Origin: an uncultured Planctomycetaceae bacterium
GTDB lineage: Bacteria > Planctomycetota > Planctomycetia > Planctomycetales > Planctomycetaceae
Reading direction: 5' to 3'
Assembly: GCA_963815195.1 (NCBI GenBank)
Contig: CAWFGE010000023.1
Span: 576,001 to 640,000 of the forward strand
Length of the DNA: 64,000 nucleotides
Positions 43,255 through 54,462 of this stretch are shown in pieces. Made by a program: the position numbers and the translations under genes. The notes beneath the pieces were generated by a model. That model saw only the letters and a program-made list of their open reading frames with translations. It searched no databases and was not told the DNA's origin. The first letter of the stretch is position 1. Every line of letters starts with the position of its first letter.

Positions 43255-44530
43255 GTGCTTGTGACAAATCGCAGGGTATTTCTAAATCTCGGTCTTTCCG
43301 CCACCGGCCTCGCTCTGGCGCCGGGGTGCTCTCGGAATGAACGATCGGCCGAGGGACGATATCCGCTCGAGAAAGCTGTGCGGCCTGGCGACGGGGAGGC
43401 CTATTTCACTGCGGAGAAGCTGGCGGAGATGGTTGGAGACGGCGATCTGGCGACGGGAGTCCGTCCCGCTCGTGGTGGCTTACAACTTCCCGAGCTGGCA
43501 TCCCAGCCCCTACATGGAGAATCTTTTCGGCGAGGGGTGGACCGAGTACGATCTTCTCGCTGCTTCCGGCCCTCTGTTCCCCGGTCATCTGATGCCAAAG
43601 TACCCGCTCTGGGGTTACTTCAACGAGGCCGATCCGGAGTGGGCCGAGAAGGAGATTGGCCTGGCGGCCGACGCCGGGCTCGACGCCTGGATGATCGACT
43701 GGTACTGGCACGACGGCACGATGTTTTACCAGGAGCAGCTTGAAGATGGTTTCCTCCGGGCGGAGAACCGCTCCCGGTTGAAGTTCGCTCTAATGTGGGC
43801 CAATCACGACTGGAAGAATCTTTACCCGGGCACGACCCCGGGCGATTCCCCCGTTCTATTGCACCAGCGGCACAGCGAAGGAGACACGCTCCGCGCGATC
43901 GACTACTGCATCGAGCATTACTTTTCTCAGCCGAATTACCTTCGATTTGGCGGCGATCTGGTTTTTGGGATCTTCAGCCTGGATCCATTCCTCAAAGCGA
44001 TGCCAGCCGATCGTGTGAAATGGCTGTTCGACCAAGTGCGGGAACGAGTGGCGAAAGCCGGACTGGGCGATATCCACCTGCAACTCAATGGAGGGTTCGC
44101 CGGCCGCGAGGAGACATTTCACGAGTTCGGATTCGACAGCGCCGTGCCCTACCATTGTTTTCCGTGGACCTATTTCGGGTTTCCCAAAGGAGAACGGACC
44201 CCCTACGGCAAGGGTTGCGTCGACTCGATCGGGATGTGGCGGGGGCTGCGCGCCCGATGCAAGGCGCCCGTGCTGCCTACCTGCTGTGTCGGTTGGGATG
44301 ACAGCCCGAGGTTCGGCCGGGAGTCGCACATTGCCGTGCAGAGAACGCCCGATCAATTCGAGCGTCTCCTGACCGCCGCTCAATATCACCTGGCGGAATC
44401 TCCGGCTAACACCCCGAATGCGGTTTACATCAATGCCTGGAACGAGTGGACCGAAGACAACTACCTCTTGCCCGACGCCTGTTACGGCTACAGCTATCTC
44501 GAAGCCGTCCGCCGGGCCTTCCGCCGCTGA
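43255..44530 (+). CDS. GH99-like/WbsX-like glycoside hydrolase with TAT-lipoprotein-like signal; 1 frameshift
   Basis: NRRVFL...APGC, AYNFPSWH, PLWGY, DWYW, MWANHDW, GWDDSPR, INAWNEWTE, YG.SYLEAV; join near 43450. Confidence 0.8.
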
Positions 44531-44536
44531 AACGCG

Positions 44537-46993
44537 TCAGCTCGCCACAAACTCGTAGGTCGCGCCGGCTTCAGTATCGAACTCCAGTATGTCCGCATCC
44601 CTCCGGAATGGAATCTCCTTGCCCGCGGAACGCACCACGACATCCTTCCACGGAGTGGCAAAACGAAGGCGCGCTCCCCGTTCGCTGTGAATCCTTGCCC
44701 CGGTAACCCGGCGGCCATCCCAGGCGGCGCTGACGAGGAAGGCGCCCGCCGCGCGGAGTCCGTCGAAGCGGGCCGGGCCCAGGTTCCCGGTGTTGGGGAA
44801 CAGACGGATAACGCCTGCGTAGCTCTGCAACAGGCATTCGTTCAACACCGCCGGGAGTGAGAGGTTCTCGGTCCACACGCCCATCCGCATCATAAAGTCG
44901 TTGTCGGTCAGGTCCGTGTAGCGTCCGCCGATTTGCCGAGTCCGGTCATTGGCGATTCCATTCGGCAGTTGGCAGTACCGCACCTCGCGTTTGAACCATT
45001 CGAGATCGAGCATCCCGAGCCGCGCCCGCGCCAGCGGTTGCCAGACCAGATCGTTTCCGCCCTCAAGACGAATTGTGCGGACGGTCCCCCTGGCGATCTC
45101 CAGCAAGTCGCGGCTGCGGTCCAGGCCCACCTGTTCGGCCGGAAATACGGGCGAAGCAGTGACTGGCACGTTATAAACATGCTCAACGGGAGCGTTTGCG
45201 ATGTCGAGCCAGACCTCGCCATAGGGCCCCTCCCCCCGTGGATAGGGCGCCAGGTTGCGCCGGATCTCCGACCACCTCCACCGGAGGTCCTCATCTCGCT
45301 GAAGCACTTTCGACGCTTCGATCATGGCGTCAAGCAGGAACTCGGTAAGGGCAATGTCGATGATGCAGTCGCGGTTGAGCCGCTGATCCACCGTGAGCCC
45401 CCAATTCTCCGGAGACACCGTCGGGTTCAGGTGATACTTGCCGTCGGCTTCCTTCCTGGCGTAGGCGGCGAGGAAGACGGTGGCGGCCCGCAACAGCGGA
45501 TACACGCGCCGGAGATACTCCTCGTCCAGGGTGTGCTGGTAGTGCCACCACAAGCTCTGCACCGTCCACGGCGTCTCACAGATCTCGTATCCCCAGGGCG
45601 GCGCCGGATAGGGATTCACGTTGCTCGGAACCGGGTAGGCCGAGTGGGGAAAGTATGCGCCCGGCAAGCCGAACTGCTCGCGGGCGTTCCACTCCGCCAT
45701 CGGAAGGAGCTTCTCGACGAGATCCACGTAAGGCAAGTGCTGCTCTACATGGTTCGAGGAAAACACGCCCCAGAAGACCTGCTGGGTGTTGTAGTTCATG
45801 TGGTAGTCGCCGTGCCACGCCGTGCCAATGTTGCCGGTAGACCAATTCCCAAACAGGCCCGGCGCGACTTTGCCGGGCCTCAGGCAGCAGGCCAGCAGGT
45901 ACTGGTTGTAATACCAGAAGCCCTCCAGTTCCCGATCGTCGAACTCGACCGCCGACCGGCTCCAGAAATTCTCCCAGCTTTGGCGCGTCTCCTCCCGGTT
46001 GGCGGATGCGGAACGCGCGGACTCCTCGCGCAACGCTTGCCGGGCCCGGCTACCCGGATCCGGGTCCTCAACCGACGTGTATATCGCGAGGTCAAGTCTC
46101 AGGGGACCGCTCACACGCGGCTTCAAGAAGATGTGAGGACGGTTCCCTTCAACCAGCGAGCCGTACCAGCCTTCCGGCGCTCTGCCACAAAGCGCGAATG
46201 TGCGATCGTCTTCCGAAGAACCAGGTTCGGGCCGGTCCGCGGTTGGCGCCGTGGCGGGCAGACGTTGCCGGCAGAGAAATCCAGCGCCCTCGAAGCTCAG
46301 CTCCGGCAGCGGCATCTGGGCGTCATGATCGACGTGCGGGTAGTAGGCGATCGATGTGACCGGAGCCGAGCCTTCCACCATAAGGTGGCCGGTGCTCCAG
46401 TTGACACAACAACCGAGTGCCGCCTTGCCTTGGCTTCCCTTCAAATCGTCAGTCCTCAACTCCAGGCTGTAGAGGCCCGTCGAGATGTCCAACTCCTGGC
46501 GCTCTACCCGGACCTGGCGGCTGTCCCAGTGGATCCAGACCGTGCCGCAGGGCCAAGGCCGAGGCCAGATTTTGTCATAGGAGGAGCGGACCTTCTGAAG
46601 GTAGGCGCGGAGGCCGGGGTCGTTCACCTCCAGGAACATCTGATCGGGCCTGCCTTCCTGCTTCGCTTTTTCGCCGGCCTCCCTCCAAAGCTTAAGGACA
46701 CCGGCGAACGGCAGCAGGTGTTCCACGTGCTCCTCAGTCACCCTTATGTCCCAGACGTCCAGTTTGCCGATGTGCAGGCCGAGCGCGTCTGGTCGAACCA
46801 CGGCGCAGACGCCGATATCTCCGTTGCCAAGCAGCATTCCCTCGAAGAAGTTGGGTGTGGGCAGACTGCGGACAAGCTTGTGCCTCCGGGCAATAGTCAC
46901 CGCGTCAATCGCCACAGCCGCCGAAGCCGGAAGCGGCATGGCCGCGGCGGCCGGGATCCCAGCCAGAAACTCCCGCCGGTTTGGTCCAGTCAT
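44537..46993 (-). CDS. GH95-like (alpha/alpha)6 glycoside hydrolase with TAT signal
   Basis: NRREFL, LGNGDIG, GLFGNW...WHGDYHMNYNTQQ, TVSPEN, ECLLQS..GVIRLFP, GLRAAGAFLVSA. Confidence 0.8.
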   Translation of the reverse strand: MTGPNRREFLAGIPAAAAMPLPASAAVAIDAVTIARRHKLVRSLPTPNFFEGMLLGNGDIGVCAVVRPDALGLHIGKLDVWDIRVTEEHVEHLLPFAGVLKLWREAGEKAKQEGRPDQMFLEVNDPGLRAYLQKVRSSYDKIWPRPWPCGTVWIHWDSRQVRVERQELDISTGLYSLELRTDDLKGSQGKAALGCCVNWSTGHLMVEGSAPVTSIAYYPHVDHDAQMPLPELSFEGAGFLCRQRLPATAPTADRPEPGSSEDDRTFALCGRAPEGWYGSLVEGNRPHIFLKPRVSGPLRLDLAIYTSVEDPDPGSRARQALREESARSASANREETRQSWENFWSRSAVEFDDRELEGFWYYNQYLLACCLRPGKVAPGLFGNWSTGNIGTAWHGDYHMNYNTQQVFWGVFSSNHVEQHLPYVDLVEKLLPMAEWNAREQFGLPGAYFPHSAYPVPSNVNPYPAPPWGYEICETPWTVQSLWWHYQHTLDEEYLRRVYPLLRAATVFLAAYARKEADGKYHLNPTVSPENWGLTVDQRLNRDCIIDIALTEFLLDAMIEASKVLQRDEDLRWRWSEIRRNLAPYPRGEGPYGEVWLDIANAPVEHVYNVPVTASPVFPAEQVGLDRSRDLLEIARGTVRTIRLEGGNDLVWQPLARARLGMLDLEWFKREVRYCQLPNGIANDRTRQIGGRYTDLTDNDFMMRMGVWTENLSLPAVLNECLLQSYAGVIRLFPNTGNLGPARFDGLRAAGAFLVSAAWDGRRVTGARIHSERGARLRFATPWKDVVVRSAGKEIPFRRDADILEFDTEAGATYEFVAS

Positions 46994-47066
46994 CGCCACC
47001 GGTGTATCACAAACCGGAGGCTTCGGGAGACGCGCTCTTCTGTCCGTTGAGAATACAATAACTTCC

Positions 47067-48194
47067 ATGACGCATCGTGAACGAGTCCTCGCCGCTCTCA
47101 ACCACCGGCAACCCGACCGTCTTCCTTTGGATCTTGGCAGCACCCGTGTTACCGGCATGGTGAAGGATGGCTATGAGCGGCTGTGCGATCTTCTCGGTTT
47201 CGGCAAGCCGGGTCCGTGCATCGACATGATGCAGCAGCTCTACGAATTCGATGAGCGGGTGCTCGAGTATCTCGACGTCGATGTTCGCGGCGTCTCGCTC
47301 GGCGCTCCCGATGGCGATGGCGATCGGATGCTTCCCGATGGCCGCCATAAGGACGAGTGGGGCGTGACGCGGGTCAAACCGGAGGGCTGCCACTACTACG
47401 AGTTGAACGTCTGTCCGCTGGCCGGGGCGATCACAGCGGCCGATATCGCCAACCATAAGCTGCCGGATCCAACTGACGCCGGGCGCTTCCGTGGCCTTCG
47501 CGAACGCGCCAGGCGATTGCGCGAGGAAACCGATTTCGCCGTCATTTACAACGCCCGCTATCACCTTGTTCACCAGACGCAGTACTTGCGCGGCTTCGAG
47601 GACTGGTATTGCGATCTGGCAGGCGATCACGATCTGTTTCGCGCCTTGCTCGACGCGGTTCTCGAGAATATGCTCGAACTCAATCGCCGCGCCTTTGAGG
47701 AACTGGGCGATCTGATCGACATTGTGGGCTTTGGGGACGACATCGGGCTCCAGGACCGTCCGGTATGTTCGCTACCGATGTACCGCGAACTCATCCGCCC
47801 GTATCAGGAGCGCATCACTTCGCATATGCGAGCCCACACTGGCGCGAAGATCTTTTATCACACCTGCGGCTCCGTCTATAGATACATTCCGGAGTTTATC
47901 GAACTGGGTGTCGATGCTTTGAATCCGGTGCAGGTCAGCGCGAAGAACATGGAGCCGGAGCGTTTGAAACAGGAGTTCGGCGGCCGCATCGCCTTCTGGG
48001 GTGGCGTCGATACGCAGCATCTGCTGCCGCATGGCTCGGCGGAAGAAGTGTCGTCCGGCGTGCGCCGTATGTTCGACATCATGGGCCCGGGCGGCGGCTA
48101 TGTCCTCTCGGCGGTCCACAACATCCAGCCCGATGTTCCGGCGGAAAATATACTGGCCATGTTCGAGACCGGGCGGCAGTGCGTTTACGGCTAA
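47067..48194 (+). CDS. uroporphyrinogen decarboxylase-like (MtaA/CmuA-type) protein
   Basis: MTHRERVLAALNHRQPDR.P.DLG, DEWG, LRGFE, GDDIG.Q, FYHTCG, LNPVQ, FWGGVDTQ, GGYV, HNIQ. Confidence 0.85.
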   Translation: MTHRERVLAALNHRQPDRLPLDLGSTRVTGMVKDGYERLCDLLGFGKPGPCIDMMQQLYEFDERVLEYLDVDVRGVSLGAPDGDGDRMLPDGRHKDEWGVTRVKPEGCHYYELNVCPLAGAITAADIANHKLPDPTDAGRFRGLRERARRLREETDFAVIYNARYHLVHQTQYLRGFEDWYCDLAGDHDLFRALLDAVLENMLELNRRAFEELGDLIDIVGFGDDIGLQDRPVCSLPMYRELIRPYQERITSHMRAHTGAKIFYHTCGSVYRYIPEFIELGVDALNPVQVSAKNMEPERLKQEFGGRIAFWGGVDTQHLLPHGSAEEVSSGVRRMFDIMGPGGGYVLSAVHNIQPDVPAENILAMFETGRQCVYG

Positions 48195-48202
48195 ACTCAG
48201 AA

Positions 48203-48226
48203 ACCGTTCCCTGACGGTCGCGGCTC
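48203..48226 (-). repeat. REP-like element, same family as 24937
   Basis: reverse complement GAGCCGCGACCGTCAGGGAACGGT, in the gap between convergent genes. Confidence 0.65.
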
Positions 48227-48228
48227 CG

Positions 48229-48673
48229 CTAGCCAAGAGCCGTCAAAATCTCATTGACGGGCGGCTTGCCGCGCTTGGCGTACTGGATGACACCCTTCTC
48301 GTCGATCACATAGACCGTGCGCTTGACGAAAACGCCGGCGCAGCGGTACATCTTCGCCACGCGCTTGCCGGTGTCGACCAGGAGTGGGAAGGGGAATTTG
48401 TGCCGCTCGCGAAAGCCAGCATGACGCGCCTCGCTGCCCGGATTGATGCCGTAGACCGCGGCTCCGCGTTCCATGGATCTCCTCATAGCTGTCTCGAAGA
48501 GCGCACAATTGGTCTGTGCAACCCGGCGTGTTATCCATTGGATAAAACACGAGCACGACGCGATGGCCGCGCTGCCGCTCCAGCACGAACTCCCGGCCCT
48601 GCTCATCCAGGCAAGTGAACAGCGGCGCCGTCGAACCGGCCGGCAACGGCTTCATCGAGAAGAGTGACAGCAT
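48229..48673 (-). CDS. peroxiredoxin (BCP/PrxQ); 1 frameshift
   Basis: VLVFYPMDNTPGCTDQLC, FPLLVD, KRTVYVID; join near 48480. Confidence 0.88.
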
Positions 48674-48684
48674 CTCAACAGAAG

Positions 48685-51296
48685 TTAAGCAGGTGTTCGG
48701 ACGCTATGCAAGCTGCATTCCTTGGAGCGAACGAACTGGTCGACGGCCTCTGTGAGCTTATTCAGATCGATGGGCTTGCTGAGATAGTGGTCCATTCCGG
48801 CTGCCAGGCATTTCTCCCGGTCCGCTTCCATGGCGTGGGCCGTAAGCGCGCAGACCGGTATTCGGGCGCCGCCGGATTCGCGCTCGCGGATCCATGCGGT
48901 CGCCTCGAAGCCGTCCATCTCCGGCATTTGGCAATCCATGAGAATCAGATCGTACAGGCCGCTTGCCCCAGGCCTCGACCGCCTCCAGGCCGTTTCCCGC
49001 CACATCGACCTCCAATCCCAACTTTTGGAGAAGCCGGGCGGCGATCTTCTGGTTGACGGCGTTGTCTTCCGCCACCAGTACTCTGGGGCGGTTCTCATCC
49101 GCGTGCCCAGCTCCGGGCGCCGAAGGCGGCTCCCATGCCGGTTCGTGGTTCGAGGCGGCGGCGGTTTCCTTCTCGCGCTGGCGATATTGCCGTTCGTTGA
49201 TCGTATGGCGGGTAATGAGCGGCGCGCCTCCATTCCGCTCCGGCTCGCAGGACCTCTTCAATCACGCCCCGCAACTCCTCCGGCTGGACCGGCTTCAGCA
49301 GATATCCGGAGTATCCCGCGCGGTGAACCCGTATGCCATCCCCGCGCATCGGAGACGAGGTCATTGAGATCAGGAGGACCCCCGCGATCGCCGGATCCTC
49401 CCGGATCTCCTGCTCCACCCGTCTTCGCTCCAACTGGGCCAGTTCAAGATCGATCAGTGCCACCCGAAATGGATCGCTCCCGGCTACCGCCGCTTTGAGC
49501 CTCGGCACGATCTCCTCGCCCCGGCTGACCGCGGTTCCAACACAGCCCCAAGACGGAAGATACCTACTCACGATTGCCCGGGCACTGTTGCTGCTGTCCG
49601 CTACCAGGACCCGCAATCCCTCGAGTTCGACCTTCGAGCCGGCATTTCCAGACGCCAGCAGCGGTTGTTTGCCAAATGGAGCCGTGAACCAGAATGTGCT
49701 GCCAACGCCAACTTCGCTCTCAACTCCGATCTGTCCTCTCATCAGCTCGACGATCTGCTTCGAGATCGCGAGGCCCAAGCCCGTGCCACCATATTTCCGA
49801 TTCATGGAATCGTCGCCCTGCATGAAAGTCTGGAACAGATTCTGCCGCTGCGCTAACGAGATCCCGATGCCCGTGTCTTTCACGGCGAACCGGAGGGTGA
49901 CCTTCTCACCGCTGTCCCGGATCAGTTCGATTCGCAGAGCGATCTTCCCTTCATGGGTGAACTTGAGGGCGTTGCCGAGCAGGTTGTTCAGAATCTGCTT
50001 CAGCCGCCCTGGATCTCCGGCCAACTGACACTCTAACTTCGGTGGGGCCTCGCATGTGAAGTCGAGATTTTTTCCTCTGGCCCGCAGCTCAAAGACCGTG
50101 GCCACCTCCCGGACGGTTCCGCCCAGGTCGAAAGGAATGGTCTCTATTTGCAGCTTGCCCGCTTCGATCTTGGAGATATCCAGAATATCGTTCAGAATGG
50201 TCAGCAGCGAGTTCGCCGAGCTTTTGACCGAGCCGGCGTATTCCCTCTGCTCGCTGTTGAGCGGCGTGGACAGCAGAAATTCGGTCATGCCGATGACCCC
50301 ATTCATTGGCGTCCGGATCTCGTGGCTCATATTCGCCAGGAACCGGCTCTTCAGTTTTGTCGCTTCCTGGGCTTTCAGTAGCGCGATTTCGAGCTCGCGG
50401 TTCTTCTGAGCCACCTCGCCGGCGTTCTGGGAGACGCGAATCTCGTTCAGCTTGCTGGCCGTAATATCCCTCAGAATCACCAGGGCGTCATTCCACTCCA
50501 GCGGCAGCACGCGCGCTTCATAGAACTGGCTTTCGCCGTGGCCGCCGGCCTCGTACTCGACCACAACGGCTGAACGCGACTCGCGGACCCGTTTCATGGC
50601 CTCCGCTATTCCGCGGGCCGCGTCCGGCGGGATCGCGTCGCTCAGGCGCTGGCCGGCCGCCAGCAGGGAAGGCCACCTGGCGCCGGCCGATTTTCCGGCT
50701 TTCGAATCCCGAATGACTCCTCCCTCGCCGACTCGAAGAAACAGGTCGGGCAGAGCCTCGAATAGCGCGCTCAGTTCCGACGTCGTCTGGTAGATGGCCT
50801 CTTCGCTGCGCTGGCGGTCCGTGATGTCCAGCGACTTGAATGCCATTCCGACAACCCGGCCGCCCTCGTCCCGCAGCAGGTTCTCGTGCACTTCCAGCAG
50901 CAGAGTCTCGCCATTCGGATGCCGGTACTTCTTCCGTGCAACAGGCTGCGGCGTCTCGCTTTCTATTCGCCGGAAGAAAGCCTGCCGCTCCTGATCCTGT
51001 TCCTCCGCCGGAACCAACTCCCAGCAAGTCATCCCGGCCAGCCGGGTAGGCTCCAGCCCACGCAAATCGCATTCCCGGTCATTCACGCTACGGATGATCC
51101 CATCGAGGTCCACCTCCTGGTAGCCTACAGGGGTCGATTGCAGCAGGCCGCGCAGCCGCTGTCGTGGGGAAAGCGCATCCCAAAGCTCGTCGCTATCTTT
51201 CGTCCGGCCGCGGCGAATCTTTCGGATTACCTGGACAAGCACTACCGCCAGGCACAAGAGTAGCCCTAGCGTCAGCCGGTCGAACTCGCCAAACAC
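48685..51296 (-). CDS. hybrid histidine kinase (TM-PAS-PAS-HisKA-HATPase-REC-REC); frameshifts
   Basis: [70 protein letters not shown]; start approximate. Confidence 0.9.
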
Positions 51297-51371
51297 TGCC
51301 GTCTTATTGTGTCCTTTCAGTCCGATTGCACATCGGCGCGCACCGGGCGAGCCGGGGGCGCACATTCGTAT

Positions 51372-51399
51372 TTATCGGTCGAATGTCCTGAAGGGTTTA
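51372..51399 (-). promoter_or_regulatory. putative sigma28 promoter of the hybrid kinase
   Basis: TAAA-N16-ACCGATAA. Confidence 0.55.
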
Positions 51400-51410
51400 G
51401 GGGCGAAGCC

Positions 51411-51842
51411 CTAGAGGAACTGCAGCAGCCGGTCGCGCACGGCCAGGGCGGTCTGGTTGTCCGGTGCGATGATCAGCATTGTGTCGTCACCGGCGATTGT
51501 CCCGACGATCTCGGGCCAACCAGCGTTATCGAGAGCCACCGCCAACGAATTCGCGTTGCCAGGAGAGGTCTTCAGGACGACCTGGTTCTGCGCGACGCGT
51601 ATATCCCGCAGGAATTCCCCGGCGATGATGCCAAGATCCGGCCCGGTCGAGGCCGAAGGCTCCACCTGCTGGTAGCCGGTGGCGGTTTTCACCAGGCCCA
51701 ACTCCCGCAAATCGCGCGACAGAGTGACCTGCGTAGTCCGAATGCCAATCCGGGCCAGTTCCCGGGCCAGTTGCTCCTGGGTGGTGATGTGCTTCTCCTC
51801 GATGAGGTTCAGAATTTGGCCTTGCCGATAGCTCTTGTTCAT
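51411..51842 (-). CDS. argR: arginine repressor
   Basis: ITTQEQL...GI.TTQVTLSRDLREL, VLKTSPGNA, IVGTIAGDDT. Confidence 0.95.
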   Translation of the reverse strand: MNKSYRQGQILNLIEEKHITTQEQLARELARIGIRTTQVTLSRDLRELGLVKTATGYQQVEPSASTGPDLGIIAGEFLRDIRVAQNQVVLKTSPGNANSLAVALDNAGWPEIVGTIAGDDTMLIIAPDNQTALAVRDRLLQFL

Positions 51843-53224
51843 CTTGATCTCATTTCGCCGAGCCGCTCTCCGGCCCGTTTGAGAGCGGCGGCCACGGCCT
51901 CGGGCCCCGTTCCGCCCGGGATCTCTCTGGTCTTCATGCCTTCGCCCGGCCGCAACAGCCGCGCCATCTCCGGCGTGATCTCGGGCGCGAATCCAGCGAG
52001 TTCTTCCGGAGACCAGTCTGCCGGTTTCCTGTTTTGCCGTAGGCTCTCCAGCACGAGGCGGCCGACAATCTGATGTGCCTGATGAAACGGCGTGCCAGCC
52101 CTGGCGAGCGCCTCGGCCAGATCCGTGGCGATCACCCAACTCTCCTCGGCCGCCGCCGCCGGCTTCTCGGGCCGCAACTCGACCGTATCCACCACCACCC
52201 TCATCATCTCCAGGCTCCCGTTCACTTGATCGGCGGCCTCGAACAGCGGCGGCTTGTCCTCCTGCAGGTCCCGATTATAGGTCATCGGGAGGCCTTTCAA
52301 AGTCACATAGAGTGAATTGAGGCTCCCCCACACCCGGCCCGTTTTGCCGCGGATCAGTTCGAGCGAATCCGGATTCTTCTTCTGGGGCATCAGGCTCGAT
52401 CCGCTCGTGACGCCGTCGCCCAACTCCAGCCAGCCGAACTCTTCGCTCGAGTACAGAATCCAGTCCTCGCAAAGGCGGCTCAGGTGAAGCATGATCATCG
52501 AGGAGCCATAAAGGTAATCGAGAACGAAATCGCGATCGCCGGAGACGTCCAGGCTGTTCGCCGTGATCCCGTCGAACTCCAGTTCCCGCGCCATCTCCTC
52601 CCGGTCGAATGAAAACGCGCTGCCGGCCAACGCCCCGGAGCCGAGCGGCAACAGATTCACTCTCCGGCGCGCTTGCTCCAGGCGCTCATGGTCCCTGGAG
52701 AACATCTCGAAATAGGCGAGCAGATAGTGCGGCCAAAGAACTGCCTGTGCCCGCCGCAAGTGCGTGTAGCCGGGCACCACCGCATCCGGGTAACGCTCCG
52801 CGCACTCGACCAGCGACTGCATCAGGCTGGCCAGCAGTTCCAAACCCCGGTCGATCTCCCCGCGAAGCCAGAGCCGCACGTCCACCGAGACCTGCTCATT
52901 GCGGCTCCGCCCGGTGTGGATCTTATCGGCCGGCCCGCCCACCTTTTCCTTCAGCTTCCGGATGACAAAGGTATGCACGTCCTCGTCCCCGGCGCCATCG
53001 AAGAAACCGGCCGTTTGGGACTCCCGCAGGATCTCGTCAAACCCCGTCAGGATCCGGTCGCGCTCGCCCTCATCCAGGATGCCCGCCCGATGCAGAGCCC
53101 GCGCGAATGTCTGTGAGCCCCTGATGTCGGCCTCCAGCATCCTTCGGTCAAAGGATAGCGACTCAGAGAAGCGCTCGAACACCTCCGACGGCCCCGCCGC
53201 GAACCGGCCACCCCAAAGCTTCAT
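51839..53224 (-). CDS. argH: argininosuccinate lyase
   Basis: KLWGGRF, HTGRSRNEQ, PGYTHL, GSSLMPQKKNPD, YNRDLQEDK. Confidence 0.97.
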   Translation of the reverse strand: MKLWGGRFAAGPSEVFERFSESLSFDRRMLEADIRGSQTFARALHRAGILDEGERDRILTGFDEILRESQTAGFFDGAGDEDVHTFVIRKLKEKVGGPADKIHTGRSRNEQVSVDVRLWLRGEIDRGLELLASLMQSLVECAERYPDAVVPGYTHLRRAQAVLWPHYLLAYFEMFSRDHERLEQARRRVNLLPLGSGALAGSAFSFDREEMARELEFDGITANSLDVSGDRDFVLDYLYGSSMIMLHLSRLCEDWILYSSEEFGWLELGDGVTSGSSLMPQKKNPDSLELIRGKTGRVWGSLNSLYVTLKGLPMTYNRDLQEDKPPLFEAADQVNGSLEMMRVVVDTVELRPEKPAAAAEESWVIATDLAEALARAGTPFHQAHQIVGRLVLESLRQNRKPADWSPEELAGFAPEITPEMARLLRPGEGMKTREIPGGTGPEAVAAALKRAGERLGEMRSR

Positions 53225-53233
53225 GTAATCTCG

Positions 53234-54443
53234 CTATCCCTTCTTCTTCAGGCTTGCCTGGATCTTGACCGGCAGGCCAATCAAATTGATGAACCCGAGG
53301 GCGTCCTTCTGGTCGTAGTCGGCGCCCATGGTGAAGCTCGCCACCGATAGCGAATAGAGCGAATGGGGCGACTTCCGCGACACTGGCGTCGACGTTGCCC
53401 TTGTACAACCTGAGAACCACTTCGCCGGTCGTGTTGGCGTTGATCGTATTGAAGAAGGCGTCGAGAGCCTCCCGCATCGGGGTGAACCAGAAGCCGTTGT
53501 AGACCAGTTCCGCATAGTCGAGCGCCAGCTTCTGTTTGAAGTGGAGCGTGTTGCGGTCGAGCACCAGCGACTCCAACTCCTGGTGAGCCTTCACAATCAG
53601 CTCTCCGCCTGGCGTCTCGTAGCAGCCGCGGCTCTTCATTCCAACGAACCGGTTTTCCACTAGATCGGTCCGGCCAACACCGTGCTCTCCGCCGATGGCG
53701 TTCAGCGTCTCGATCAGCTTGACACCGGACATCGCCTCGCCATTAACCGAAATCGGCACGCCTTTCTCGAAGCCGATCGTCACGTCGCCCGGCGTATCGG
53801 GCGCCTCGGCCGGGCTCCTGGTCAGCATCCAGATTTCGTCCGGCGCCGCGTTCGCCGGATCTTCCAGCGCGCCGCCCTCATGAGAGAGGTGCCACATATT
53901 GCGGTCCCGGCTGTAGATCTTCTTCGCCGTCTGCGCGATCGGCACGTTGTGTTTCGCGGCGTATTCGATCGCATCCTCGCGCGAGACAATGTCCCATTCC
54001 CGCCAGGGAGCGATCACCGGCAGGTGCGGCGCCAGCGCCTTGTAGGTCAGCTCGAAGCGTACCTGGTCGTTGCCCTTGCCGGTGGCCCCGTGCGAGAGCC
54101 CGTCACAGCCCGTCTTGAGCGCCACCTCGACCTGCTTCTTTGCCAACAGCGGCCGGGCGATCGACGTCCCGAGCAGATACTTGTGCTCGTAAACCGCCCC
54201 CGATTTCACCATCGGCCACAAATATTCCTGCGCGAACTCCTCCCGCATATCGGCGATGTGGACTTCGGATGCTCCTGTCTTGAGGGCCTTCTCTTCCAGC
54301 CCTTCGAGTTCATCGCCTCCCTGGCCGATGTCGCCGCAGACCGCGACCACTTCGCAGCCGTAATTCTCCTTCAACCAGGGAATGATCACCGATGTATCCA
54401 GCCCGCCCGAGTACGCCAGCGCGACCTTCTTAGGATTGCTCAT
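53234..54443 (-). CDS. argG: argininosuccinate synthase; 1 frameshift
   Basis: LAYSGGLDTS, YLLGTSIARP, HGATGKGNDQVRFE, SHEGG.LEDP, ENRFVGMKSRGCYETPG; join near 53385. Confidence 0.96.
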
Positions 54444-54462
54444 AATATTTCCGTTTCCTTAC

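Noticed and set aside
38049..47050. Long antisense ORFs (38049-39650, 44933-47050; likewise 6-686)
   Set aside because: Shadow frames of real genes, typical of high-GC codon bias; no motifs.
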